The notes: a model not told the origin generated them from the sequence alone. A stretch of DNA of 64,000 bases from Octopus sinensis (GCF_006345805.1 NC_042998.1:177816001-177880000); one strand, 5' to 3'; counted from the first letter of the stretch, positions 39,564-51,390 are shown. Translations and numbers: made by a program.

Positions 39564-40543
39564 ATATATATGTATGTATGTATGTATGTATGCATAATAT
39601 ATTTGATATATACGATGGAATCTCCTACTGAGCATCCAGTTGTTTGTGGAACTGCACAACCTACTCATTGAATTAGTATACAAAGTGACTGAGTAATCTA
39701 CAGAATTCTTTACCCATGACAAAATTCTCAGGAAGAATCAGTATGATGTAACACGGCATAGTTGATCCTTTGAATTATAAGCAGAGTCCATCTGATGTTC
39801 CTGTCTGTCCAATTTCACTTATAAGCCTTGGATTGACCAAAAGCTGTGACGAAGAGAGTTACTTAAAATGACATGTAATGGTATTGAACCCAGGATTTCA
39901 GAGTAGTGAACAAACTTCTTAACCACTCAGCCATGCCTGTGCCATAAATATATACACACACAAAAGATAACATGTGCACACAGACACACTCATATATACA
40001 TAGACACAAGCATCACACACACTTCACACACTTACACACATGCACATACACATGTCCTTCATAAGCATACACAAACACGCACACACATGCCCCTCACATA
40101 TATAGTAAGAAGATAAGGAATTTTCTCTGAAGTGAAATCAAGAAGCACAACTTTCTCATTGATATTTCTCTCTCTCTCTCTCAGTCTCTCTCCTTCTCCC
40201 TCAGTCTCTCTCTCTCTCAGTCTCTCTCTCTCTTTCTCTCACTCTCTTCTTCTCACACTCATGCTTTTGCCCCCCTCTCTCTCTCTTGTCTGTCTATTGG
40301 ATTGGAACTTTCCAGATGAAGGCAAATAAATGGTTCATTTCTTTAAAATTTTCCCTTTGTTTTTCCCTTGTTCATTAATTCTTTCCTCCCTTATATTTAC
40401 ATGTTGTTTGTAGGGGACATTAATAATACTCCCAGCACCTGCTTTTTTTTCTTCTTGTTCTTTGTTTTGAAGTACTTATGATAGCTAGTGACAGTAAAAT
40501 ATTTGCTAACTTTAGTAAAGATGTCAGCACAAAATGTGAGGAT

Positions 40544-40623
40544 TGATTTAATGATGACTAAACAATGACTCTATGATATTTATTGATTATAATAGCTTTC
40601 ATCTTGGACCTGAACTGAAGTCA
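40544..40623 (+). ncRNA. Candidate box C/D snoRNA
   Basis: ATGATGA at 40551; CTGA at 40610 and 40615; terminal stem TGATT/AGTCA. Confidence 0.2.
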
Positions 40624-41004
40624 CATATGTCAGTGGTGTGTTCCCTTACCCTGCCACCATTATTATTTATGTTATTAAGTCAGTGTATTTAGCAGTTGAA
40701 AGAGAGATATAAGCATTAAACAATATATTAATGGAGTGATTGGTCAGACAAATAGAACATACTGAATGACAGAGATGGGAAAGGGAAGGAAGGTTATTGG
40801 TGCTTGTCTAGTGAATTTATAAACATTTGGTGTTGGTCATTAGCTATTATTGTACTTGTTTAGTCCTTATTCATTCCTGATTGAGCAGACCTCTGATCAA
40901 AGATGTTCCAATTATATCCATTCCATTTTTTTCATATGTAATGTATGTAGGACTATATTATCCAATGTGCCCCACCACCACAGATTTTTAAGGATGATGA
41001 GACA

Positions 41005-41511
41005 TAATTGGAGGAGATTTGGCCACTATTTCTATTTGGTTAAGAGTTCATATGTTGCTGAGACCAACTTTTATTTTCATCCTTTTGGATCAATAAAGCA
41101 ATGTGTTCAGCAAGTTCAGGGGCAAATTAACAATCCTATAGGGCAACCTAGAAATGAATTATATTATAATAGAATGTAATTAGAGGAGATTTGGCTACTA
41201 TTTCTATTAGGTTAAGAGTTCATATGTTGCTGAGACAATCTTTTATTTTCATCTTTTTGGATCAATAAAGCAAAGTGCCCAGTAAGTACAGGGGCAAATT
41301 AACAATCCTATAGGGCAACCTAGAAACGAATTATAATAGAATGTAATTAGAGGAGATTTGGCTACTATTTCTATCCGGTTAAGAGTTCAAATACTGCTGA
41401 ATCCAACTTTTTTCATCCATTTAGATCAGTAAAGCAATGTGCCCAGCAAGTACAAGGGACAACTTAACTTTCCTATAATAGAACCTAGAAATGAATTAAA
41501 TTATAATAGAA
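41005..41511 (+). repeat. Three tandem units of about 170 bp containing a decayed family B SINE piece
   Basis: TAATTRGAGGAGATTTGG at 41005, 41177 and 41344. Confidence 0.92.
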
Positions 41512-42199
41512 GACAGATGCTCCTTCAATAGTTTAATGTGGGACTGGATAACATGACTGCCATCTCTGTCTTCTTATGCATTATTTTTATTGTCATAGAA
41601 CAGGAAAAAATCACTTTGTTTACCCAAATAATCTGATGGCAATTAAAGAAAGGGCTCAAGGGAATTAAGAGATACTTTTGACAAAAATGTAGCACTAGTT
41701 AATTCAAAGACTTAGTTTCGTCATTGTAAGTAAGAATAAATGATGCTCTTGTTGCTAGTATATTTGCTTTCTTAGGTTTGTCTGAAGAAGAGTTGCAAAA
41801 CTGATACAAATTTTAAACTCTTCTCATTCGTAAGATAAGAATGACTAGGCAAAGTTGTTAGTTGTAGTTCATGTCCAGTTTGATATATTTAATGTCAAAG
41901 ACAAATGTTATTTAGCTAGAGAAGACACATTGGATAATGCAGTCCGGCATAAACAACGATATGTGTTAAAGTCTAGTTTAACATGTATAATGTCTAAGTT
42001 AAATATGGTTAAAGAGAAATGGGGTGGGAAAGAAGAAAGAAGAAATGTAATAATGAGCAGGATAATTAAATAAAATGCTATATGAAATCTTTTAAGTGAT
42101 GATATAGTAAATAATAAATGTTCAATAAACATGTTTAAATAAAGAATAATTATAATGGATTAACAAAAGATAATGATAACTGAGTGACAGGTTGGCAGA

Positions 42200-42690
42200 A
42201 ATAATAATTTTTTTACATTGGCACAAGGTTAGAAATTTTAGTAAAGAAGAAGTTCATTACAGCAACTCTGGCACTTGAGGTGTACTTTATATCAGGGCTG
42301 TGGAGTCAGAGTCGGAGTCAGAGTCGAAGTCAGAGTCAGGGTCGTGGAGTTGGAGCAGAGTTGGAGTTGGTAAAACTATATCGACTTTGATTCTAACTCA
42401 CAATATCTTTATTCTTTGATATAAACCAGTTATAACATATAGGCCTACTCAGAGTACAAGAGTATGCATATGCTTTATGAGATATGTAGACCACAATCAC
42501 TTAATTACATAAAGAGTAGTTGGAGTCAAAGTTTTTTGTTTCAACTCCATAGCCTGCTTTGTATCCCAGAAGGATAAATGACAAAGTTGACCTCAGCTGA
42601 GTTTGAACTTAAAATATAAAAAATCAAAACAAATGCTCTAAGTTGTTTTGTTTGACTTAGTAATGATTTTGTTAATACTCCAGCCTGAAG
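42200..42690 (-). mobile_element. Family B SINE split by the MITE
   Basis: GGCACAAGG on the left and GACAAAGTTGACCTCAGC on the right. Confidence 0.65.
42293..42556. mobile_element. hAT-type MITE, 264 bp, nested in a family B SINE
   Basis: TIRs CAGGGCTGTGGAGTC and CAACTCCATAGCCTG; 8-bp TSD CTTTATAT/CTTTGTAT; internal GGAGTC repeats. Confidence 0.82.
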
Positions 42691-43463
42691 AGGTGGCAGA
42701 AATCTTAAGTGACTATACTATAAATCAATTTTAAGTTACTTATCTTTGCATCTTCAGTTCAGATCCCAGAGTTCAACTTTGTGTTTCATCTTACTAGGAG
42801 CAAAGGGATAACAGGCTTACCATGTATATCCACCACAAGGTCCAGTCTTTGTGGCAATACAGTGAAACATGTACCTTAATGATCTTGCAAATTATGCAGG
42901 CAGTAAGCAAGCTTCTGGAAGGGACCTCAATGCTGGACAGGTAAAAAGATAGAGACCAGACAAATATGGACCAGGTAAAAGGATAGAGACTAGACAAATA
43001 TGGAGAGGTAAAAATGAGTTTACATAGGGTCAACATTCCTACATAGAAAAGGTAACATATCAATAACAATCCAAAACCAACAAGATCTGGGAAAGAAAAG
43101 CCTTCCTTCTGGGATTCACATACTCACAAGAGTAGCTGGAAGTGGGGTACTGGGGCAGGGCTAAAAATGCAGTGATCCAACTGGAGAGAAGCAGAAAGAG
43201 TATCAAAATATTTTATATTTGTTAACCTGAAAGTTCAGATTTCATAACTCTTGAGTTTCGCCTTTCTGCTTGTCAAATCAAATATGAATAATGCAGGAAA
43301 ACAACAAGAAGCATTTCATTAACTACATGTGTAATGCTAAAAGCTATAGATTTGAATATATAAAAAATATTTCATTGTGTATGAGTTTTGCTTGTGCATA
43401 TACAAAAAATATATATAAAAAAAGGCAATGCAAATTTAATCTAAATCACTAAAGATATATGCA

Positions 43464-44776
43464 CAAGGTCTGATCAATAAGTATCTGGGTTGTTACCATA
43501 GTAACGAAGTTAAAGCATGCAAAGTGAAGCTGCTTGGCATAGACTGACTTTGCTGTACATGTGCACTAAGCTTTAATGTTCTAGCTAATTTCCTCTGTTT
43601 ACAGTAGTGCTTGGAAGGAAGGTGTGTAGTGTTGATCATCACATTGACCATGACCGAGAAAGTTGTCATTGTGATATCTGCTCAGAGGCCTATGCAAAGT
43701 TGCTGAAAGTGTACGGAGAGGAGTGTATGAGCCACATATAAGTGTAGAAGTGGTTCAGACGTTTCCAAGATGGCCGAAAAATGTCGATAATGACAAACGT
43801 TCTGGGAGGCCTACAACCAGTAGAACTGAGAAAAACATTGCAGATGTGCATGCAGCTATGAGGGGAAATCATTGAATCCCCATCCATGAGTTGTCAGAGG
43901 ATGTGCAGATTAGTTATGGCTCAGTTCAGTCCATCATTACTGAAGATTTGACTATGAGATGCATGTCTGCCAAGTTTGTGCCAAAACTGCTTTCAGCTGA
44001 CCAAAATGACACTCGGGTTTCAGTTGCACAAGATCTCCTTGATTATGTTGAGAACTCTTTTACTCTTTTACTTGTTTCAGTCTCTTGACTGTAGCTATGC
44101 TGGAGCACTGCCTTTAGTTGAACAAATCACCCCCAGGACTTATTCTTCGTAAGCCTAGTACTTATTTTATTGTTTTCTTTTGCTGAACCACTAAGTTACA
44201 GAAATGTAAACTCACCAACATCGGTTGTCAAGCAATGGTGGAGGTGGGGGAGAAACACAAACACATAAATACATACATATATATATATTTATATATGACA
44301 CACTTCTTTCAGTTTCCATCTACCAAATCCACTCACAAGGCTTTGGCCAGCCCAAGGCTATAGTAGAAGACACTTGCCCAAGGTGCCATGTAGTGGGACT
44401 GAACCTGGAACTATGTGGCTGGGAAGCAAGCTTCTTACCTCACAACCACTCCTGCACTTATCCACACAGCTACTCCTAATGATGAAAGCTTTTTGACAAC
44501 TTTGTGTAGGCCTCTGAGCAGGTATTGTCAAGCTTTTGGCAAAATTTGATGCAGATTCTTTGCTCAACTTTCTCTGTCATGGTCAATGTGACGATTACAC
44601 ACTACACACATTCCTTACAAGCATTGTTGTAAACAGCGGAAGTGAGCAAGAACATTATAAACTTAGTGTGCATGCCCAGCAGTGTTGAAGGTCAGTCTGT
44701 GCCAAGTAGCTTCACTTTGTGTGCTATAGCTTCATTACTATTGCGACAGTCCGAATACTTACTGATCATATTACAT
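43464..44776 (+). mobile_element. mariner derivative with two 5' ends in inverted orientation
   Basis: HTH region ...SAKFVPKLLSADQ...DYVEN resumes as DESFLTT after the SINE, then switches to the reverse complement of 43464-43705. Confidence 0.85.
44056..44458 (-). mobile_element. Family A SINE inserted in the mariner
   Basis: Full body and head. Confidence 0.88.
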
Positions 44777-45181
44777 ATATATGTGTGTATGATTAGATAG
44801 ATACTCGTATAGATAGATACCTTCATATTGTTTTTGTTTAAGGCCTGAGTATAAATGATTATTTACTCCTTGATATAGTTATTCTTTTCACATATTCTTC
44901 ATACATTGCCCATCTCATCTGTGTTGACTTTAGCTTTTGGCATGTTCTCATTCTGAAATGGTAAATATATTGACTTTTATGATTTTCCCTATAATTCTTA
45001 AATGACTATATTCTTTGCTGAAATAAATATTTTCTTACATTGATTTAGATTTTGCTTTCCATTTGCATTTTAAATTCCATTCATTTGAGCTTAGTTTAAG
45101 ATTGAAATCAAATATCAGTTTGTTCCTTGTTTATTCATTTTCTTTTTTTCTCAACGTTTTTTCTTTTACTTTCATTGTTTC

Positions 45182-45312
45182 CATTTTTTGCTTCGTATTT
45201 CAAAAGTTTAATTATTAGTGATGATTACCAATTAGACTTTTCAAACTTACAACTCCCTATTATTGATATTTCAAACTTAATTTGAATGATTAGATATTTG
45301 TTTTGTTTTATT
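45182..45312 (+). repeat. Dispersed direct repeat of about 131 bp, copy 1
   Basis: Identical to 55295-55427 except for one substitution and a T-run length. Confidence 0.9.
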
Positions 45313-45870
45313 CTATCTTATTGTAATTTTTTGTTTTATCACCCATCATTTCCTTTCTTAGGAATTTTTTTAATCAAAGAGAATTCAAAACCATTTTAAT
45401 CGGATAATTACAAATAAGAATTTATGATTTTTATCAAACCATCAAATATTAAAATTAAAAAAACACACACACAATAAAGAGAAAAATTATAAATATAAGA
45501 ATACTTGGAGTCAACTTGAATAATAATTTAATTTTTCTTAAGATAATTTTTTATTCTTTAGTTTTCTAGTGAGTCTTTAAACTTGTTTACTTCACCATTC
45601 CTCTTTCATATTCTTTTCACTATACTTTTCTCTTATAAATAGAATAAATGTTATGATGTTGGTGGAGAGTGAGCATAGATTTCAAGAAATAAGGAAACAC
45701 TTGTGATATAAATTCAAGTTATGGATGTTTAACTTATTAGATAACAGCAAATGTTAAATTAAGACTTACTTGTTAGATTGGAACATTCTAATCAACATTT
45801 CAAACCAAACTGAAATAAATAACAATTGTCCAACTGTGGTAGGGAAACTCTCATTTACCAAAACTTTTAA

Positions 45871-46088
45871 CCTCTTTGATACCTACCTGCCCAAAATACC
45901 TCTGGGTCTTTGATTCAAGCTTCCCGTTCTAAGGTGGATTTTAAAACCTTCTGTCAAAATTTCATGATAATCTATGTCCCAAAAACCAGCTTAACAACAA
46001 CAAAGTTATTTTCGTAAATTCTTTGTTATTTTCAAAATTAATTTTAACAAAAGCAATGTATCTCAATAGAAATACAATAACAAAAGGC
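45871..46088. mobile_element. piggyBac-like MITE
   Basis: TTAA|CCTCTTTGATACC ... AACAAAAGGC|TTAA. Confidence 0.7.
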
Positions 46089-46454
46089 TTAAACATCGAG
46101 TTTAGATTGAACCCAGTAGGCTTCCTGTTTCTGTCACTGCTATTTGAAATAGTCTTATTTTCTTGTTAATTCCATATTTAATCACTGAAATCCATTTTTA
46201 TAAACTCATGTCTCTTCTTGTCATCTTACTTATGCCTCAATTCTGAACCACTTTCCTCAAAATGCATACCTTTGGAAACCTCTTCCAGCCATCACTTCTT
46301 GCAACACTTAAGTGAAAAATGTTATTCCTGTCATTAATTAAAATAATTTGTATGATTGGTTCCTAAATCTAATACCTATGGCCATAAGAAATCTTATAAC
46401 TACACAGAAGAAAAAAAAAAAATTAATGTAAAGTTATTACTATTCTGGGTTAAT

Positions 46455-46862
46455 ATTGGTTTCAAATTTGGGCACAAGGCGAACTATTCCCAGGTAGAGA
46501 ATAAGTTGATTGCCTCAACCCTAGTACTTAGCTGGTACTTATTTCATCAACCTTGGAAGCATGAAAGGCAAAGTCGGCTTTGGCAGAGTTTGAACTCAGA
46601 ATGTAAAGACAGACTTAGGACAAAATTTATTTACTTTCAACCGAAGGCCCTATAACCTCACTACCTCCTCCTGGTCCAATAAAGTCAATTTTTTTTTCTA
46701 TTGGACCAGGAGGAGTTAGTGAAGATATAGGGCCTTACTTCGGTTGAGAGTAAAAATAATAAATTTTGTCCTATTGTTATAATATACTAAAAACATGATA
46801 AATTTGCAAATTTTAAAATGCCACTTAGCATTTGTGCTAACGATTCTGCCAGCTCACTGCCT
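46455..46862 (-). mobile_element. Family B SINE interrupted by a foldback element
   Basis: GAAAGGCAAAGTC...GAACTCAGAATGTAAAGACAGAC on the left; TAACGATTCTGCCAGCTC on the right. Confidence 0.75.
46616..46773. mobile_element. Foldback/MITE palindrome, 158 bp
   Basis: TAGGACAAAATTTATT...CTCCTCCTGGTCCAATA pairs with TATTGGACCAGGAGGAG...AATAAATTTTGTCCTA. Confidence 0.8.
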
Positions 46863-47448
46863 TGTTCAGGGTTAATATTAAACAATTATGATGTTACCTT
46901 ATATATGGGGTCAGTAATGGTCCCCAGGCAATGTATATTTTCGTTTGTTTTCCCTTTACTGATATTTTTCTTGAGATTTTTTAAAAAACGTAACTAATAT
47001 GAAGAGGAAACTATAAATTTGACAGAATCTATAACAAATTAACATTAATTTCTTTTCTTGTCTTATCGGTCTTCTGATATGTCGTCTGCTCTTTCCATTT
47101 GGTCACGTGCTGCTGTATATTACTGCAGTGTAACTCTTTCTCGTCCCACTCCCTCTGTAGCAGTGTCTGTTTGACTGTCTGTCTGTCTGCATGTCTTATG
47201 CCTGTTTTTCTCTCTTTCTTTCCCCCCCACTCTCTCTCTCTCTCTCTAGCTATCTCATTCATTCGTTCCCTGTCTTTCTTTTTCTCTCTCTCTCTCTCAT
47301 CTCCTCCTTTTCTCTCTCTCTCATCTCCTCCCTTTCTCTCTCTCTCTCATCCTCCTCCCTTTCTCTCTCTCTTTCTCTCTCCGATCCTCTCACCAGAACC
47401 ACAGCTTATGCTCCATTGTTAACTTAGTCACTCTCCAACTGCCTTCCC
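46839..47448 (+). repeat. Inverted duplication, donor arm
   Basis: Reverse complement of 48593-49164; differences are mostly in microsatellite length. Confidence 0.95.
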
Positions 47449-47519
47449 ATGTCCAATCTTTTCTCACTCTTCTTTCCTCTATTTCAAAACATACGCAAAC
47501 ACACACACGCACGCACGCA

Positions 47520-47555
<36 letters not shown>

Positions 47556-47799
47556 CACACGAAGTACGGTCACAGAATTTCTTAATATTTAATATATATT
47601 CACAAACTGGGGTATGAGTCTCTCTAACACATTAGATTGTCACTACTTTAGGCAAATTTTCCTCCGTTAATAAAAGGAACAACGAGTAAAGAGTGAAAAA
47701 CAGATAGACAAATATAGAGAGAAAATGAGAGACGGAGAGAGAGTGATGAAAGAAAATTGAAAGTTTACCCTCTGAATAATGTTAGTGTGCTTACGTTTG

Positions 47800-47830
<31 letters not shown>

Positions 47831-48231
47831 TGTGTGTGTGTGTCTGTGTGTGTGTGTGTGTGTATGTGTGTGTGTGTATGCGTGTGTGTATGTGTAAGCA
47901 CAATTGCCTGTGGATTATCCATTTGGACGTGATTTCGTAACCTTGAAATTATTATTCTGACTGAAATATTCAGAAAAAATATTCTGTAAGAACTTATTTG
48001 CTTTAACAGAAATTGAGGATCTTTTCTATTGCTGTCACAGTTTTCTATATATATTTTTTTATTTAGTAACAATTGTTTTCAAATTTGGTGTACTGATTCA
48101 CTTAAGTATGCTAATTATAAAAATGTATTTCATTTTTGCTATAAATTAATAAATAAAAGGTTAAAAGCTTTTAAAGTTTGCAAATTTGGGGTAATTTTAG
48201 CTAATCGTAAGCCACAGTCACATTGGTGCCT

Positions 48232-48245
48232 GTTTCCATAGTAAC
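48232..48245. promoter_or_regulatory. RFX X-box-like motif GTTTCCATAGTAAC
   Basis: Fits GTHNYY-AT-RRNAAC; adjacent GAAACTGTAGTC is ACTACA-like on the minus strand. Confidence 0.45.
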
Positions 48246-48592
48246 AAGCGAAACTGTAGTCTGCTAAAACCACCACAACATATTTTTCTTTTACTTGTTT
48301 CAATCATTTGACTGCAGCCATGCTGGAGTACCGCCTTAAGTCGAAGAAATTGACCTTAGGGCTTCGTAAGCCTAGTATTTATTCTATCGGTTATTTTTGC
48401 TGAACTGCTAAGTAAACACCCACACGGATCAACCGAAAAGATCCCACACCAACATCGGTTGTCAAGCAATGGTGGGGACAAACACACACACACACATATA
48501 TATATCTATGTGTGTTTACTTAGCAGTTCAGCAACGTGACCGATAGAATAAGTACTAGGCTTACAAAGTCCTGAGGTCAATTTCTTCGACTA

Positions 48593-48730
48593 GGGAAGGC
48601 AGTTGGAGAGTGACTAAGTTAACAATGGAGCATAAGCTGTTGTTCTGGTGAGAGGATAGGAAAGAGAAAGAGAGAGAGAGAAAAGGAGGAGGGTGAGAGA
48701 GAGAAAAAGAAAGACAGGGAACGAATGAAA

Positions 48731-48786
<56 letters not shown>

Positions 48787-49164
48787 AGGAAAGAAAGAGA
48801 GAAAGACAGGCATAAGACATGCAGATAGTCAAACAGACGCCGCTACAGAGAGAGTGGGACGAAAAAGAGTTACACTGCAGTAATATACAGCAGCACGTGA
48901 CCAAATGGAAAGAGCAGACGACATATCAGAAGACCGATAAGACAAGAAAAGAAATTAATGTTAATTTGTTATAGATTCTGTCAAACTTATAGTTTCCTCT
49001 TCATATTTGTTACGTTTTTTTAAAAATCTCAAGAAAAATATCAGGAAAGGGAAAACAAGCGAAAATATACATTGCCTGGGGACCATTACTGACCCCATAT
49101 ATAAGATAACATCATAATTGTTTAATATTAACCCGGAACAAGGCAGTAAGCTGGCAGAATCGTT
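48593..49164 (-). repeat. Inverted duplication, derived arm
   Basis: Reverse complement of 46839-47448. Confidence 0.95.
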
Positions 49165-49227
49165 TTCCGTGCTAGCACAGGTAAAAAACGGACGATAAAC
49201 GATGATGATGATGATGATGATGATGAT
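49165..49227 (+). mobile_element. Extreme 3' tail of RTE
   Basis: CCGTGCTAGC...AAAACGGACGATAAAC(GAT)n. Confidence 0.85.
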
Positions 49228-49604
49228 ATGAGGGGATTCCTTTAGTCTCTGACTACCAAATCCATTCACAAGGCTTTGGTCAGCCTGACGCTATAGTAGA
49301 AGACACTTGCCCAAGGTGTAACGTAGTGAACTGAACCCGGAACCATGTGGTTGGGAAGCAAGCTTCTTACCACACAGCCATGCTTGCGCCTATATTTTCT
49401 TTACTTGTCTATTTTCTACTATATTTAGTAGTAACTATACCCAGCTGGAGCTGTCTGATTAGCTAGCACAAATCATTATATGAACGAAGTGGCAAAACTA
49501 TTAGCATGCCAAACAAAATGCGTGCTAGTATTTCTTTTGGGAATACATTATGAATTCAAATTTCAATGAGGTTGACTTTGCCTTTCATCCCTTCAGGGTT
49601 ATAA

Positions 49605-49797
49605 TATGATAATATATAAATGAAATTATTGTATACAGTGCTCAGGTGCACCACAACTTGTCGAAAGTGCGTATAAAGCATATGCAGTAATGTACAAATG
49701 TCTGGGAAGTGAACAGTGTATGAGTCAGATACATGCTAGCGTGTGTATGGAGGGGAGAAAATCAGGTGTAGTGTTGGTGAATCTCAGGAAGCATGGT
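49605..49797 (-). mobile_element. LINE-like 3' UTR fragment inside a family B SINE
   Basis: Minus strand ends GTGCACCTGAGCACTGTATACAATAATTTCATT; SINE sequence resumes on both sides. Confidence 0.45.
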
Positions 49798-49904
49798 TGA
49801 TACAATAAGTACCGTTTGAACATTTGGAATGATGTAATTGACAAGCCTCTGCAACACAAAAATTTCAGGCCTTGTGCCTATAATTGAAAGGATTATTATT
49901 ATTA

Positions 49905-50225
49905 TTATTAGGAGCCATTCTGAGGTTGCACCTGTGATTTAAAAAGGTAATATAAAAGGAGAAAGGGGCTCTCTACCCCCCTTTTGACCAGGCTCCCGTT
50001 GGCTTTTATGGGTTTTTTCCACAAGGAACCTTTCGTAACGCCTCCCCCTATTGGGAGTTTTTCATTGTTATAGTTTCGATTGTTACACTGTTTTTACACG
50101 TTTTTTTTAGAAACGGACAAAACCCTTTGTAACCTTTCGTCCTGTTTTGTCCCCTTTTTGTTATAATTAATTTTTGTCAGCCCTTGTGGCCAATAAAAGA
50201 ATTAATTATTATTATTATTATTATC
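49905..50225 (+). mobile_element. Retroelement 3' end with (ATT)n tail
   Basis: Ends TTTGTCCCC...GCCCTTGTGGCCAATAAAAGAA-ATTATT, resembling the family B tail. Confidence 0.45.
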
Positions 50226-50234
50226 ATTATTATT

Positions 50235-50445
50235 TAGGCTGCAAGCTGGCAGAATTGTTAGCATGCCAGGCAAAATGCTTAGCAGCATTTGGTCTGTCCT
50301 TATATTCTGAGTTCAACTTTGCTTTTCATCCTTTTGGGGTTCAATGAAATATGTACCTGTGGAGCACTGGGGTCGATGTAATTGACTTACCCCCTCCCCC
50401 GAATTTCAGGCCTTGTGCCTTTAGGTGAAAGAATTATCATTATTA
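50235..50445 (+). mobile_element. Family B SINE, full length
   Basis: Head GCAAGCTGGCAGAATTGTTAGCA...; CTTTTCATCCTTTTGGGG core. Confidence 0.8.
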
Positions 50446-51127
50446 ATGTTATTGGTCTGGTCAGGATGAAGAAGCTGTGTTCATTGTCTTCACAAAACCT
50501 TTTAGACTAGCAAAACCAAAGGTATTGGTTACTTCAGTCAAAAGAAATTCTTTTTGAGAAATCAAAAAAAATTGCAGTACCATTCTGGAAAAAAACATTA
50601 CCATCTCAAACAGTTAAAACTTGTATGTGATCTTTAAAACCAACCAAATTTCCCTGAATTACATGTTATTATCTTAAAATGAGAGAGACACATTGCATAA
50701 TGTAATACAAAATGCATATCTGAATAAAATCTAGTAAGGTCATGGCTGCAAAACCTTTGTCATAACCCTGCTTGATTGGGACTGACCTGGAGTTAAAGAA
50801 CAGCTGCTGCAGCAACAACAACAGCAGCAGCAACAGCCGTTCAAGAATTTGGACCTGGAGATCTCCATTTCCAGTAACTTTGAGGGCCACCTCCCAGTGG
50901 TGTCAGGCGTCAACGAAGAGCCCTCAACTACAACAAGATGACCAAAGTTTTTTTTTTTCCAAGGTCTGGGATCTCCCGCCTCTAAGCCCTAGACCATCAC
51001 CTAATCACCCTTACCCACCTTGTTGCTTAACAACAACAAAAGCAGCAACAACAACAACAACAACAACAACCCTTCTTTTGTCAATATACCCATTTATTAC
51101 ATCGTTTCACCAGGAGATGTACTTCTG

Positions 51128-51390
51128 ATCATCATCATCATCATCATTATTTTTTAACATGTTTTCCATACCAGCATGGGTTGGATGGTTTGACAGGAGC
51201 TGGCCAGCCAGGGAGCTATCTGGACTCCAATTGTCTGTTGTGACATGGTTTCTATGGCTGGATGCCCTTCTCGACACCAATCATCCAACACAGTGTGCTG
51301 CATGCTTTTTACATGCCACTGGCATGGGTGCATTTACACAGGTACCTGTAAAGGACAAGCCTGTATGTATGGATGACCATTCTGATCACT
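51128..51390 (-). mobile_element. Old RTE-tail copy
   Basis: (CAT)n...CCAGCATGGGTTGGATGG...GGCTGGATGCCCTTC. Confidence 0.75.

Larger units (their letters stand above)
48290..49390 (-). mobile_element. Family A SINE split into 48290-48505 and 49228-49390 by the composite insertion
   Basis: 3' half and CA/TA tract on the left; core and head on the right, colinear. Confidence 0.82.

Noticed and set aside
41599-41829. Plus-strand exon pair separated by a 50-nt intron
   Set aside because: First exon is closed in all frames, the intron is very short, and there is no linked promoter
45205-45290. C/D snoRNA in the duplicated patch (GTGATGA)
   Set aside because: No downstream CTGA box or terminal stem
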